Part shown: positions 23,697 through 34,717 of the stretch, in pieces
How the letters are laid out: every line of letters starts with the position of its first letter
Position numbering within the stretch: the stretch's first letter is position 1
Source of the DNA: an uncultured delta proteobacterium
Lineage (GTDB): Bacteria; Myxococcota_A; Polyangia; Haliangiales; Haliangiaceae
Assembly: GCA_963848295.1 (NCBI GenBank)
Contig: CAWKDB010000004.1
Coordinates: 270,296-334,295 of the forward strand
DNA length: 64,000 nt
Direction: 5' to 3'
Notes under the pieces: model-generated
Seen by the model: only the letters and a program-made list of their open reading frames with translations
Databases searched by the model: none
What the model was told of the DNA's origin: nothing
Translations under genes and position numbers: made by a program

Positions 23697-24634
23697 TCAG
23701 AGCATAGAGATGGACATCACGATCGGTTGATCGGCCAATTCTTCGGAGACGCCGCCGCTAAGCGATCGCCCCTCTCGGGCCAAGGCGACGACAAAGTTCC
23801 GCTCAGAAAATTCCGACCGGAGTTCGTACAGGAAGCTACCGGTAACATGATAGTGCAGCTGACCGAGGAGCATCGGGTCCTCATCGGCTGGTGTCAGCTC
23901 GAGACCGAGCTGCAACGATTGTCCGTAACGCGAGGCGAACTCGGCGTCCGGTAGCAGCTTTTCGATATCAACGAAGAAGCTGGTTCGTGGACGCGGCGGT
24001 GGCATCGAGACGGATGCTTCGCCTTGCGTGGACACGACCCGACTCGTTTCCCTCGGCGCGAAAGTTAATGCCGACAGTCGGCGCTTCGAGAACAGCAATG
24101 GCAACGAGACCTTCAGGAAGCTGAAAACGAAGTTGCACATGATGGAGCTGATGCTTACTTGTGGAGCGGATCACCACTTCGTGGTCGCGGTACAGCGCTG
24201 TCTCTTTGCTCGTCACGACCTCCTGTCCAAAGACGAAGAGCCCCGTGTTGGTTTTGAACTTGATCTGCGGCAAACCAGGAACGAAGTCTCCGCTCCGCAG
24301 CCACTCGTCGTGCTCACGTTTCCATGTGCGAAGGAGCGCAGGAGGGAATGCGGCTTCGTCTCTATCGACGATGTCGGCGCACGGGCCACAGAGCCAGATG
24401 CCGTTGGAAAAGGCTGAACGCTCGGGCCGGGCTTTGGCTGGCATCGTATCGTGCACCACCTGGGGAAGCGCCAAGTATGTGCGCCGCTCGCCCGGTCTTT
24501 ATCGATGCGGCCTCATCAGAAAGGCTAGGCAAGATTGTCCGCGTTCGACAGCGGGGGCGCGAGCAGAGAAAGGCGGCTCGCTCACGGAGTAAGCGAATTG
24601 TCAGCTGACTAAAGTTGTCTCGTGGCAGCGACAC
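23697..24634 (-). CDS. HNH-like nuclease domain protein with unknown C-terminal domain (2 frameshifts)
   Basis: RDNFS...RAAFLCS.P.C...GRAAHI.GASPGGARYD / ERSAFSNGIWLCGPCADIVDRD...LRTWKREH / C-terminal piece 23697-24010. TAGAAT lies 6 nt before the GTG. Confidence 0.72.
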
Positions 24635-24690
24635 GTGGCCATTCTACGCCGCAGTTGGCTACGACTAGAGGTCGATGCCATAATGCGGCG

Positions 24691-25517
24691 ATGGGGTCGG
24701 AGGTGAGTGAAGAGGGCGGTCCTGTGGCCACCGCGAACCCAAGAGCGGTTGACGCTCAGGATGACCGACTGATCGCCTTGTGGAAGGAACAGGAGGCGAT
24801 CGCGATGCACTTCAACGACCTCATCGCGCGCTTCAGAATCCAGAGCGCTCGGCGGTACCGCCGCGATCGGTGCCGTCGGTGCCCTGGTCACTGAAGCTTA
24901 CCGCCAAGACGGGCGGAACTGTGCCAACAGTCGCGTGGACGATTTTCGCTCTGATGTCGTTCTTGTTTGTCGCGTGGACTGCGCTTTGGATGCTCGACTA
25001 TGGCTACTACCAGCGGCTTCTCGGTGGCGCGGTGCGGACGCTACTCGATTTCGAAAAAACGTTGCCCTCGTACGCTGCGCGAGTAAGCACTCGCATTGAA
25101 GAGAACTTCAGGACCGCGTATCACGGCCATTTTTGGTTCTATGCATTGATACACGGTGCGCTCGGGATGCTCGCGATGTTCGCTCTATACGACGCGGCCG
25201 GATGGGGAGGCTGGCTTGCTCTCGGAATGACCGTCATCGCAGGATGGACGACCGCTGTGCTATGCAACGTCTGGCCGTCGTCGGCTTCAAGAGCGAAGGC
25301 CGCACTGGCGCGAACCGAGTTCGTGGCTAACAAGATCGTGGAGGTGGCTGAAGCACGGTCCGCTGCGATTAGAAAAAAGGCAGAAGCGAAGGCTGTAGCG
25401 AGAACAACAAAGGCGAAGGCGAAAGCAGATGCAGCGCAGACGGCGCGCCTGGCCCTCGATGAAGTCCGAGCACAGAGGGAGCGCGCGAAGGAGCTAAAGC
25501 GCGACGACCGGGCGTAG
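24691..25517 (+). CDS. Multi-TM membrane protein with C-terminal coiled coil (frameshifted about 24845-24895)
   Basis: HFNDLIARFRIQ...WMLDYGYYQRLLGGAV, with about 4 hydrophobic segments. CATAAT lies 6 nt before the ATG. Confidence 0.62.
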
Positions 25518-25519
25518 AA

Positions 25520-26220
25520 GTGATCCGCGAGCTCTGTTGGGTGGGTCGTTGCACTAGCAGAGCGAGAAGCGTCGCTCTTGCGAAAGGATCTCAACGATTC
25601 CATTGGAATATGCGCTCTCGCTGCTGGCCAATCGACAGGGCGCGCGCCCTGTTATTTCTCGCAAGCACAAAGCGAAGACTGGAGCGCCAACTCACGGTAG
25701 CTGCCGACTTGCGCGCGCAGCTGACGGCTGAGTATCGAGAGCTGCTGTTCCAACAAGGCGACGCTCTCGCGCTTGGAAAAGAGCTGCAAAGCTCGCCTGA
25801 CGATCTCGCCGATGTCTTCTCGATGTGTCGGCGTGGGAGTGACTTCCTGTTGCTTGGCGATCGGGGACGCGCTGAGGAGTGGTATCGTGACGCCCTCTCT
25901 CGCTCTAGCACCGGTGATGAAAAATACTCCGCGCTGTGGGGACTCCGCCCCGAAGCTCGAAATACGGCACTCCGCGCGAGACTCGAACGTGATCGTGGTT
26001 GCTGAACTGCCCTGATCGCGACGTCGACGACGTCGCGGATCGACTCGTCCAAGATCAACTACGGTGGCGACGCTTCTGCGGAGAAAAGTGCGCTCGAGAG
26101 TTCTTCGCCGCTGAACACTTCGAGATGGTCGAGACGTTCAGCTCGTGTGACTACTGCGCGGTCCGAGGCCCGGCCGCGCTGATGCGGTGCCCGAGTTGCG
26201 GAGCCGCGCGACAGAGCTGA
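25520..26220 (+). CDS. Hypothetical TPR-like protein with C-terminal Cys pairs (possibly one frameshifted gene)
   Basis: LGDRGRAEEWYRDAL helix, plus an overlapping ORF with CDYC and CPSC. Confidence 0.35.
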
Positions 26221-26319
26221 CGGGGTGAGCAACGTTTGCTATGGCGATCTCTGTCGCGTCATTGGTACCGAGATCTTCCGCGACGATATTACGGAACCGT
26301 ACTAAACCAGACCTCTTAG

Positions 26320-27484
26320 ATGGACACGAGGGAGCGCATCCTGCTTCCGTTGCACGACGCGACGTCCGGTCTCGAGATGACGTCGCCCCGCTGTTCTTGC
26401 ATCTTCTACTCTTCGAAAGCGTGATCCTTCAGTCGATCAGGCTCACCGATGTTGCTGCGCTCGTTCGAGCCATCGGCGCTGAACAAACGATCGAGTCCTG
26501 GACTCGGGGTGCGTTCACATTCGGGTCACGCCCGAGACGCTCGGGTACCCGGACGATCCCGATTGGAGTGCGGGTTCGTGACCGTCGACATATCGGATCC
26601 GGAGGCGGATCTGAGCGCCGCGATGCACGATGCGTTCGGCGTGTTGGCCCTCCCGAAACCGATCCGGAACAAGCTCAAGCTCGCGGTGGTACGCCGATGT
26701 CTTCGTGGTGGTTCGACACCGCACGGACGGGTGGCGATCGACGATGCGCTCGTCGAGATCACAGGTCAGTCGGCTGCATTTCTCCGGGCCATTCAGCGCT
26801 CTGCGGAAAAATACGCCCCGGGATTGGTTGTTCCGCCGGGCGCGATTTCGTGTGAGATCGACGACCCACTGACCCACCAGCTGCGCTACACCGCCAAAGG
26901 GCTTGCCGACACCCGCGGTGGTCGCCGAGGTGGTTCGCCGAGCGAGCCTCGCCGTGGCGTCTCTGAATGCAGAGCTAGGTCGCATGGAGCGCGATAACGC
27001 CGTGACCGCACTCGACGACGAATCGACCGAGTTGATGGGAGCAAGGATCAACGCTCTGTGGCAAGGCTTCGACCCGACGGAGGGTGCCGACTCGTTCGCG
27101 CGACTCGTAACGCTGCTCGACCTACCCAGCTTCGACGACGGGATCCGGGACCGGAGCCTGAACGTAGAACGGTTTCTCGAGTTACGCTCCACCGACGAGT
27201 GCCTGAATTTTCGGGCATTCTTACACAGCGCCGGGACTCTAAGTGACGCCGAGCTACGCGCGCGAGCAACAAGCCTTCGCGCTCGGCTCGGCAACATCGT
27301 TCAGAGCGCTCCAGGGCGAATACTCCGATTCTTGGCGACGGCAGCGATAGGAGTTAGAGCAAGGGAAGCGTCAATTGGGGTCGCGGTGGGTGCCGGCGAT
27401 TCGTTTCTGTTGGAGAAGCTGTTCCCGCGTTCCGGCATCGTCACATTCGTCGGGAAACAGTACCCATCGCTCTTCAAGGAATAG
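26320..27484 (+). CDS. Hypothetical protein (several frameshifts)
   Basis: Protein-like segments in successive frames: LLLFESVILQSIRL / FVTVDISDPEADL / PAVVAEVV...FVGKQYPSLFKE. Confidence 0.55.
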
Positions 27485-27690
27485 CCGGGCTGGTTCTACC
27501 CAGGCTGCATTCGAAGGCTCTCGAGGTTTGGGGGCGCGACTCCGCGCACCTGCGGCAGTGGGAGGCATTGACATGGTCCGCGGGAAACGATTTAGCTTTC
27601 AGCTATCGACAATCACCGAACTGGCTGAAGGCGATCTTTCGTTCTATCATTGCCGGCCGTAGGGCAACGCCAGCCAAGGGGGAGGACTAG

Positions 27691-27865
27691 ATGACGGAAT
27701 CTCAGAAGGGGAAGGACGCGGCGAACGAGACAAAGGCGCCTAAGAGTGCCGACCTCAATGAGCAGCTCCGCCAAGATGCGCGCGAGCTACGCGCGGTCGC
27801 CGAGAAGTACATCGTCGAAGAAGGCCGCGTGATCACGCGCGCGACGATCCCGCCCAAGATAAGGG
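27691..27865 (+). CDS. Small ~56-aa protein (stop uncertain)
   Basis: Strong SD GGAGG. MTESQKGK...ITRATIPP; an out-of-frame TAA at 27860 is followed by a terminator. Confidence 0.5.
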
Positions 27866-27884
27866 CAGAACGATATCGCCGTGC

Positions 27885-27912
27885 AGGGGCCCATTCATGG
27901 GTCCCTTTTTTT
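27885..27912 (+). terminator. Rho-independent terminator
   Basis: AGGGGCCCAT-TC-ATGGGTCCCT-TTTTTT. Confidence 0.8.
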
Positions 27913-27923
27913 ATACTCGACGA

Positions 27924-28729
27924 ATGTCTGCATTGGCGAAGCGGGTTGGGGTCGAGGTCGCGAGGCGGCCTTCGCAGGAGTTGGTTGTGCAGAGCGGCAC
28001 CGACCTTGCCGAGTTCAACAGCGGCGTCAGCGAACTCCTCAGCGAGATAGCTCCCGATGATAAATCACCCAGGTTAACGCCCGAGCTGCTAGCGAGCGTC
28101 GAGGAGATCGCAAAGGTAAGCAACTCGACCCACTGCTCGAAGCGATCGCATCGGTTTGCGCGGTTCATCTCGACGAGCCGGGCCAGGTAGTCGACGTCAA
28201 TCTGATGGTGCCGCTCAGAGACAAGGCGACGAGCTGGCCGCTGTGTGAGCAGAACGTGAACGCTACGAAGGCCTTCGGCCGCGATGTTCACAATCGGGCA
28301 GACGAGATCCTTCGGATCCACACGAGTACCAACTCGGGCTACGACGGGTTCTGGTTGCCGGTCTTTAGCGCGGTCTCTGCACACATGCCGGGGGCTGCGA
28401 AGGCGTTTCGTAACCAAACGCCTCAACGCATTTTCACGCGGCACGTCGGTAGCCATCATTTTGGCGACGCCCACGCAACCGAGGATATAGCGCGTGTGAT
28501 CGCCTATCTGGCCAACGTCCCGTTCCAAGTCTTTCTAAGTTTTCCGATCGTTCGGGATCACGACACTATCGGCGTCATCAACGTCAACATCGAGCAGGAC
28601 GAACTCAAGCTCTATAACCGCGCCGAGTTGTTGAGGTTGCATCACACACTGAGACCATTCCTTGTTGCCGTCGAGGCAACTCTCGATCAACTGGCGCTCG
28701 ATGCTCCGGCGCCAACGCCGCCCGCTTGA
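27924..28729 (+). CDS. GAF-like domain protein (frameshift near 28130)
   Basis: VDVNLMVP...MPGAAKAF...FLSFPIV...TIGVINVN is a GAF-like strand pattern. TATACT lies 6 nt before the ATG. Confidence 0.58.
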
Positions 28730-29565
28730 TGTCGCACTACATTCGCAGCGCCTCCGATTTCGCCCAAGCGATCAAGAAGGGCGTAACGATGGAGAGCAAG
28801 GTCCTGGACTTCAAGCGAACCATCAACAACTGGAACGCCCCGAAGTCCGCGCCGGATCGTGTCCGGCAAGACGCACAGATGGAACTCTGTCGCGACATCA
28901 CGCAATTCGCGAACACGGATGGCGGTTGCCTCGTCGTCGGCGTCGATGAGACTGCGAACTCCGACGGTGTCAAGGTTGCTGGCGAGACGGTTTTCGTCAG
29001 CGACGGCGAAGGAATGCGAGCCTGGATCGAGCAGGCTGTCGCGAACTACTGCGTGCCGGCGACGTTTTCCATGGACGTGCATTCGGTCAAGCTTCTCGCC
29101 GGCACCATCTTGACGGTGAACGTTCCGCCATCGATGGCCACGGTATACATTTGGGACCGGCACGCGAAGACGATCGAGGTCCTCGCGCGCACCAGTTTTG
29201 GCAAGGCTTGGTTGAACCCCGGAGAGTTGGAACGTCACATCATGAACGGGTCGAGAGCGGCGCGCCTTTCATTCGAGGAAGTGATGTCCGAGGCCAAGTC
29301 AAGACGCGTCGAGGACGTTGAACTCGTCGGCGGTGTACAACGTCTCGCCGGTCGAGCGATCGGCCCGCTCGTCAACGGCCCGGTTCGAATCGGCATGATT
29401 CGTCCGACAACGTTCGACCTCATGATCCCGATAACCGGTGCCGGTGTCGTTGCGTTGACCGTGCCATTCGGCCTGCTGCGAGAGGTATGGCTAGATGCGT
29501 CGAGTCTGATCCACGTGATGCTTCACGTCGCAGTCCATTGGAACGATCGTTTTTCATTCCGTTAA
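28729..29565 (+). CDS. Schlafen/AlbA_2 domain protein
   Basis: ESKVLDFKR...ELCRDITQFANTDGGCLVVGVDE...C.P. The ATG overlaps the upstream TGA (TGATG). Confidence 0.85.
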   Translation: MSHYIRSASDFAQAIKKGVTMESKVLDFKRTINNWNAPKSAPDRVRQDAQMELCRDITQFANTDGGCLVVGVDETANSDGVKVAGETVFVSDGEGMRAWIEQAVANYCVPATFSMDVHSVKLLAGTILTVNVPPSMATVYIWDRHAKTIEVLARTSFGKAWLNPGELERHIMNGSRAARLSFEEVMSEAKSRRVEDVELVGGVQRLAGRAIGPLVNGPVRIGMIRPTTFDLMIPITGAGVVALTVPFGLLREVWLDASSLIHVMLHVAVHWNDRFSFR

Positions 29566-29640
29566 GCTCAGAATCTAGTCCGTCAAGGACGACATCAGCG
29601 GAGCGAGATCTCGGGCACTGGAAGTCCTTGCGAGTCCTAA

Positions 29641-30968
29641 GGGGCCGCGAATGCAGAAGTCGGCCGGTCAACGTAGCTCCTTGCGCGGCTTGATGACGTA
29701 GTTCCAGTCGCCGTGGAAGTCGTCCCGCTCGATCTTCAGCGCGCGAAGTTCCTTGGCAGAGACCTTCTTGCCGGTCGGGTACTTGCGACGGTCGAGCCGG
29801 GCGCGGACGACGAGGCCGCCGCGGTTGGTCGTGTTGCCGATGAGATTGACGACCGTCTCGTAGGTGCGCAGCGGTCGGCCGCGCCAGTTGATCGAGATGA
29901 ACGAGAACAGGCGATGCTCGACCTTGTTCCACTTGCTGGTGCCCGGCGGGAAGTGGCTGACGTGGATCGCGAGGTCGAGCTTGTCGGCGACGCGCTGCAG
30001 TTCGTGCTTCCACACGTGCGAGCGATAGCCGTTGCTGCCGCCCGCGTCGGCGGTGATGAAGATCTCGCGCGCCTCGGGGTAGCGCTTCGCGCCGACCTGC
30101 TTCCACCACGCCTCGATCGACGTGACCGCGAACACCGGCGTGTCGTGATCGACGCCCACGCTGACGAAGCCGTCGTTGGCGCCGACGTCGTAGACGCCGT
30201 ACGGGATCGCCTTGCCGATCGCGTCGCGCGGGAAGTCGTGGACGTCGACCAACTCGGGCTCGCCCTTCGGCTGCCACTCGCGCCCGCCGTTCTTGAAGTT
30301 GCCGACCAGCTCCTTCTTCTTCGTGTCGACGGAGATCACCGGAACGCCGCGCTCGAGGCAGTCCTCGGCCTTCGCGTTGATGTGCTCGAACTGCGCGTTG
30401 CGATCCGGATGCTGCGCGCCTTCGACGGACTTGTTCGGCGCCTGCAGGCTGTAGCCGTGCTCGCGGAGCAGCTTGGCGACCGTCTTGTCGCTGATGCGGA
30501 TGCCGTGCTGCGCGAACAACTCGGCCGCCAGCACGTGCGTGCTCTTGCACGTCCAGCGCAGCGGCGACTCCGGATCGCCCCGCGTCACCGGGTCGACGAG
30601 CTTCTCCAGCGCAGGCCACACCTCGGGATGCGCGACCTCGAACGGTCGCTTGCCGCTCCTGCGTCGAACGTTGACGACGTCCTCGGGTCGCGCGCCGCCG
30701 CGAGCCTCGTCGCGTCCCTTGCGCACCGTGCTGATCGCGAGGCCGGTCGCGCGCGCGACCGCAGCCACGCCGCCCTAGCCGATCGCGTCGGCCTCGGCAC
30801 CCGCCCACAGCCGCGCGCCGCTCGTCCATGGTCGCCTTCAGCAGGCGCCACTTCTGGCGAACCGACTTCTCCGCGTCCACACCGAACGTAGATCACGCCG
30901 CTGCGTCCTGTCGATCCCCTGCGATCCATTTCGATCGCGGTTCGATCGACTCGACCATTCGCGGGCCC
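29641..30968 (-). mobile_element. ISAzo13 family element; transposase 29668-30880 with 5' frameshift/stop
   Basis: TRGDPESPLRWTCKS, ISVDTKKKELVGNFKNGG, TADAGGSN and PPGTSKWNKVEHRLF. IRs GGG(G/C)CCGCGAATG; TAA at both flanks (29638-29640, 30969-30971). Confidence 0.93.
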
Positions 30969-30991
30969 TAAGCGAGATCTGATGCTGGCGC

Positions 30992-31654
30992 ATGTTCGAA
31001 GATGATGGAGCTCAGTCGCAGCAAGCCGCGCTCGCCGTTGTTCGGAATGCGTGGCATCAACGCGAGGAGCAGCAACGACGCGTCTTGATTCAGGCAATGC
31101 AGATGGGTTGGCTCGAGGCGCTCCCGCAACTGCAGCCAAATCCCGAGTTGCTGCTCGGTCTCGAAGTCGTCAGGCTCAGCGGCAAGACCTCGGAGGGCGA
31201 CGTTGTCGAGTCGGTTGCGCTACCGTGGCGGCTTCTATTGGATGAGCTGAAAAGAAACCCAGCATTTCTCCATCTCTTCGATCCGCGCAAGATGGAGGAG
31301 TTGGTGGCAGCTGCGTATCGGACCGCCGGCTACGAGGTCATTCTCACGCCGCGCTCGGGTGACCTCGGTCGCGACGTGATCGCCACGCGGTCGGGGCACC
31401 TGTCGGTCCGGATCCTTGATCAGGTGAAGAAGTACGCGCCGGGTAACCTCGTCACCGCGAACGATGTGCGCGCGTTGCTCGGCGTGTTGTCTGGAGATCG
31501 CCGGGCGTCGGAGGCCGTCATCACCACGACTTCCGACTTTGCACCGAGAATAATGGACGATCCTGGCATCGCACCGTTCGTCCCCACGCGGTTAGAACTA
31601 CGCAACGGCAACGACCTCGCGAGTTGGCTGACTGATGTTGCTGCACCGAAATAG
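30992..31654 (+). CDS. Mrr-like (type IV) restriction endonuclease
   Basis: PRKMEELVA..Y...GYEVILTPRSGDLGRDVIA...QVKKY....V...VRAL.G...TTSDF (Mrr_cat D..QxK). Confidence 0.88.
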   Translation: MFEDDGAQSQQAALAVVRNAWHQREEQQRRVLIQAMQMGWLEALPQLQPNPELLLGLEVVRLSGKTSEGDVVESVALPWRLLLDELKRNPAFLHLFDPRKMEELVAAAYRTAGYEVILTPRSGDLGRDVIATRSGHLSVRILDQVKKYAPGNLVTANDVRALLGVLSGDRRASEAVITTTSDFAPRIMDDPGIAPFVPTRLELRNGNDLASWLTDVAAPK

Positions 31655-31761
31655 GGTCTGGAAGAAGAGCGACACTTGCTCGCGTTGTATCGCTCTTCAT
31701 TGTAGCGGGCGGCGGCAACATGGCTCGCGGCGGTAGCCAGACAGGCGAAAGGTCGTGACGA

Positions 31762-32310
31762 CTAATCACGAGGCCGACGTCTACGTGGCGACTGTCCGGT
31801 CCTCTTCTTGACCTTCCGCTCGAGGCCGCGTGGGCTGATACCGAGCCTCTTGGCCGCGCGGGCGACGGTGTCCTCCTGCGCGAGCGCGTCATCGATTAGT
31901 TCGTCCGCCATCTCCTGAAGGGTCTTGGGTTCTGCGGGCAGTGGCGGGTAGCACGCTATGCGGTGAAGCTCGTCGACCCGAGCGTCCTTGCCAAGGCACT
32001 TGAACGCCCCAGCTCGCCACGCTGCGAACTCGAGGTCGTCGCTCACGAAGGCGCTGAAAATCACCGACAACGTCGTCGGCGAGACTCTGCGCAGAGCGCG
32101 CACCACGTCGAGACCGTTCGGGCCGCTGCCGAGCACTTGATCGACGACCGCGAGTCGCGGCTTGAGTTGCTTCGCTAGCGATAGTGCTTCGTCGCTACTA
32201 CTCGCCGTGCGCGTGTCGCAGCCGAGGTGACGCAGTCGTCTCGCGATTGCCGCAGCCAGCACCGCGTCATCATCGACAACCAACACCACGATGCCTTCTT
32301 CGCCGTTCAT
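31762..32310 (-). CDS. Response regulator (REC + Fis-type HTH, RegA/PrrA-like), orphan
   Basis: VLVVDDD, AVVD...NGLDV, SA, K, and a C-terminal VARAAKRLGISPRGLERK. Confidence 0.85.
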   Translation of the reverse strand: MNGEEGIVVLVVDDDAVLAAAIARRLRHLGCDTRTASSSDEALSLAKQLKPRLAVVDQVLGSGPNGLDVVRALRRVSPTTLSVIFSAFVSDDLEFAAWRAGAFKCLGKDARVDELHRIACYPPLPAEPKTLQEMADELIDDALAQEDTVARAAKRLGISPRGLERKVKKRTGQSPRRRRPRD

Positions 32311-32435
32311 CAACGCCTCCCGCGATTACGCTAACGAGGCATGTGGCAATCCGTCAACTACGAACTTTTGTCGCATGGTTTGCTCTTGATCATGCGATCG
32401 AGATTGCGTAGGGTCTTTCGCGAGAGGCGTTTCTC

Positions 32436-33712
32436 CTGAGATATCCCCTCAGATCAGCCCGAACACAGCGCGGAAAATTTCCTGCTGCCGAACGATGTGG
32501 TCGAACGATTTCATGAGCGGCGCGAGCTTCTCGTCTCCCATGTACGGAATGGCCTCGTAGAGGTGAATGCCTTGGTTGAGGAGCGACATGGTGCGCTTCT
32601 TCGAGGTGTTGGTTTTCATCAGCCGATCCAGTCCGCACGCCTCGCCGGCGGCGCCGAGCAACGTCAGCAACGCCTGTGCGACTGCCGCCAGAAGCAGCAA
32701 GCGGTCCCGGCGATCCGTGGTGCCGATGTGCGTCGCCGATAGCCCCATGCCGAAGCGAAAGTTCTTCTGGTCGCGAAACGTTTCTTCGATCGTGAACCGT
32801 TGGCCGTACAGCTTCACGATCTCTGCGGCCTTGAGCTCGCTCAGCGTCGTCGCTAGGCACCACGCCTCCTTCATCCTCTTGGCGTGCATGACGATACCGC
32901 CGGCACTTCGGCGCGCGTGCGCGTGACTCGAGCCCCGCGCAGGATCAGGGCGCGACCGTTGTCTGGCACCCACGCGTTCGCCGTCTTCCGAGTTCCCGTT
33001 GCGTCCTCGACCTGAATCGCTCCTCGAAAGCGGATAACGAAATCCCAGCCGAGCGTCTGCAGGAACCGATACAGCTTCTGATTGCCGAAGCCGCGATCCG
33101 CCAGCACTGTGATCTTCACGTCGGGCGCGACGCAGTCGTGCAGCCGTTCGAGCAACCGATACTCGTGGTCATTCCGCTTGTTCTTGAGCGTGGTCTTGCT
33201 CACCGTCATCCAGATCAACGGGTCGCCCGCCCAGGCTGGTGATAGGTAGCCCGCCAGCCGCGTGGTCGTCGCCATCGAACTCTGTCCAGTCGAGCGCGAC
33301 GACGATCTCTTGCGCTCTGCGACGACAAACTGGGCCCACGGTCGGAACAACGTCCACACGTCGATGCCCGGGTTTCCGAGCAAACGATCGGTCTGCTTCA
33401 CCCCGTGCTTCTTGTCGTTGTTGGTGACGCGCGCGTATCCACGACCGATCGCGTGGATCGACAGCACCGCTGCGTCGACGGTGCCCACGACACCGTTCGC
33501 CAACGACAGCACGCGCATCGCATGCAGATCATCACCGAAGATTTGGTGCACCGTCTTCGCGACTTCCAGCGGGTCTCGAACAAACTCTGTCATCGATTGA
33601 CGGCTCATCATGCCGCTCGAACCGACGCGCGAGCTCCGAAATTCCGCCTCAGCTGGGAAAAATCCGGAGCGCTTTCGATCACCTACGCCGCCAAAGCGAG
33701 GGGATCCATCAG
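32436..33712 (-). mobile_element. IS4 family element; transposase 32449-33611 (frameshifted)
   Basis: VVALDWT, VLADRGFG and YGQRFTIEETFRDQK (YREK-like). Ends CTGA...TCAG; 9-bp TSD GCGTTTCTC at 32427-32435 and 33713-33721. Confidence 0.92.
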
Positions 33713-33813
33713 GCGTTTCTCACCTCGAGGGTCGAGGCTGAGGTTTGGATAGCGGCACGAGCGCAGGTTCGTGAGCGCTGCCGCGCATTGCACAATTTTC
33801 GAAGGAGCATCCG

Positions 33814-34208
33814 ATGGGGCGAGCGGTCGTATTTCGTGCGTGTCTTTCGGTTTGCTGCTAGCGACGGCCACGTCGCGCAGCGACAGCTCACCTCCTTCGC
33901 TGCCGCCGAGCGCAGAGTCGGAGCCGATTACCGGAACCGCCGTTGACCCAGCGCCCGGCTCCGAAACCCAGCGCCACGATCCGTTCACGCCGTACGACGT
34001 CGGCGATCCGGCGGGAACCTGGTCCTACAATGAACTTACCGCCGCCGAAAAGGCGATCGTCGACAAAGGCCGCGACACGAGCGGGATGGTGCCGGTGCAC
34101 GCCGCATTCGGTGCGGCTGTCGCCGAACGCGCGCAAACCGCCGCCGCGACCTCGGCCGAGCATCAGCTCGGGATCGACAACCTCGAAACGCTGGGAGTCG
34201 TGCCATGA
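33814..34208 (+). CDS. Small secreted hypothetical protein (5' frameshift)
   Basis: GAAGGAG SD before ATG 33814. Its stop overlaps the next ATG (ATGA). Confidence 0.55.
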
Positions 34209-34715
34209 AGTGGGCTTTGCTAGCCGCACTCGTCGTCGCGAGCGCCTGCAACGCGGAGAGCGTGCAACGCGATTCGATTGGGAAGGTCGACTACATCGTT
34301 CCGTCGAGCTGGCATTCCGCGAAGTCCGCGACGAAGACCTCGGCGACCGTCGTGTGGACCCCGGAGGATAACGCTCGTCGCGAATCCATCTCGCTCGTCT
34401 CTAGCCCGATCGACGAAACGCTCGCGAAGTCTGGCCCTGGGGCGCTCGGTCCGCTCGTCGCGCGGGCGCAAGGCGCGCTCGGCCACCTGCCTCCGCCGTC
34501 GGTCGAGCCGATCTCGAGCGAGCACGGCCTGTCCGGCGTCGAGGTTCAACTCGACTTCACGCCATCGGGCCAGACTGCTCGCTATCACCGCGTCCATGCC
34601 GCCCTGCTCGACGGTAACCGCGTGATCCACGTGCTCTACACCGCCGCGGATCCAGAATCCCACGCTCGCAAACCTCAAGCTCGTGATCGCGAGTCTCGCG
34701 CACGAGGAGGGCTGA
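34205..34715 (+). CDS. PsbP/DcrB-like lipoprotein (frameshift near 34658 artificially fuses it to RHS in the ORF track)
   Basis: Lipobox ASAC, YIVPSSW and RVIHVLYTA. The shifted frame ends ...LKLVIASLAHEEG* just before SD GAGGAGG and ATG 34718. Confidence 0.6.
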
Positions 34716-34717
34716 TC

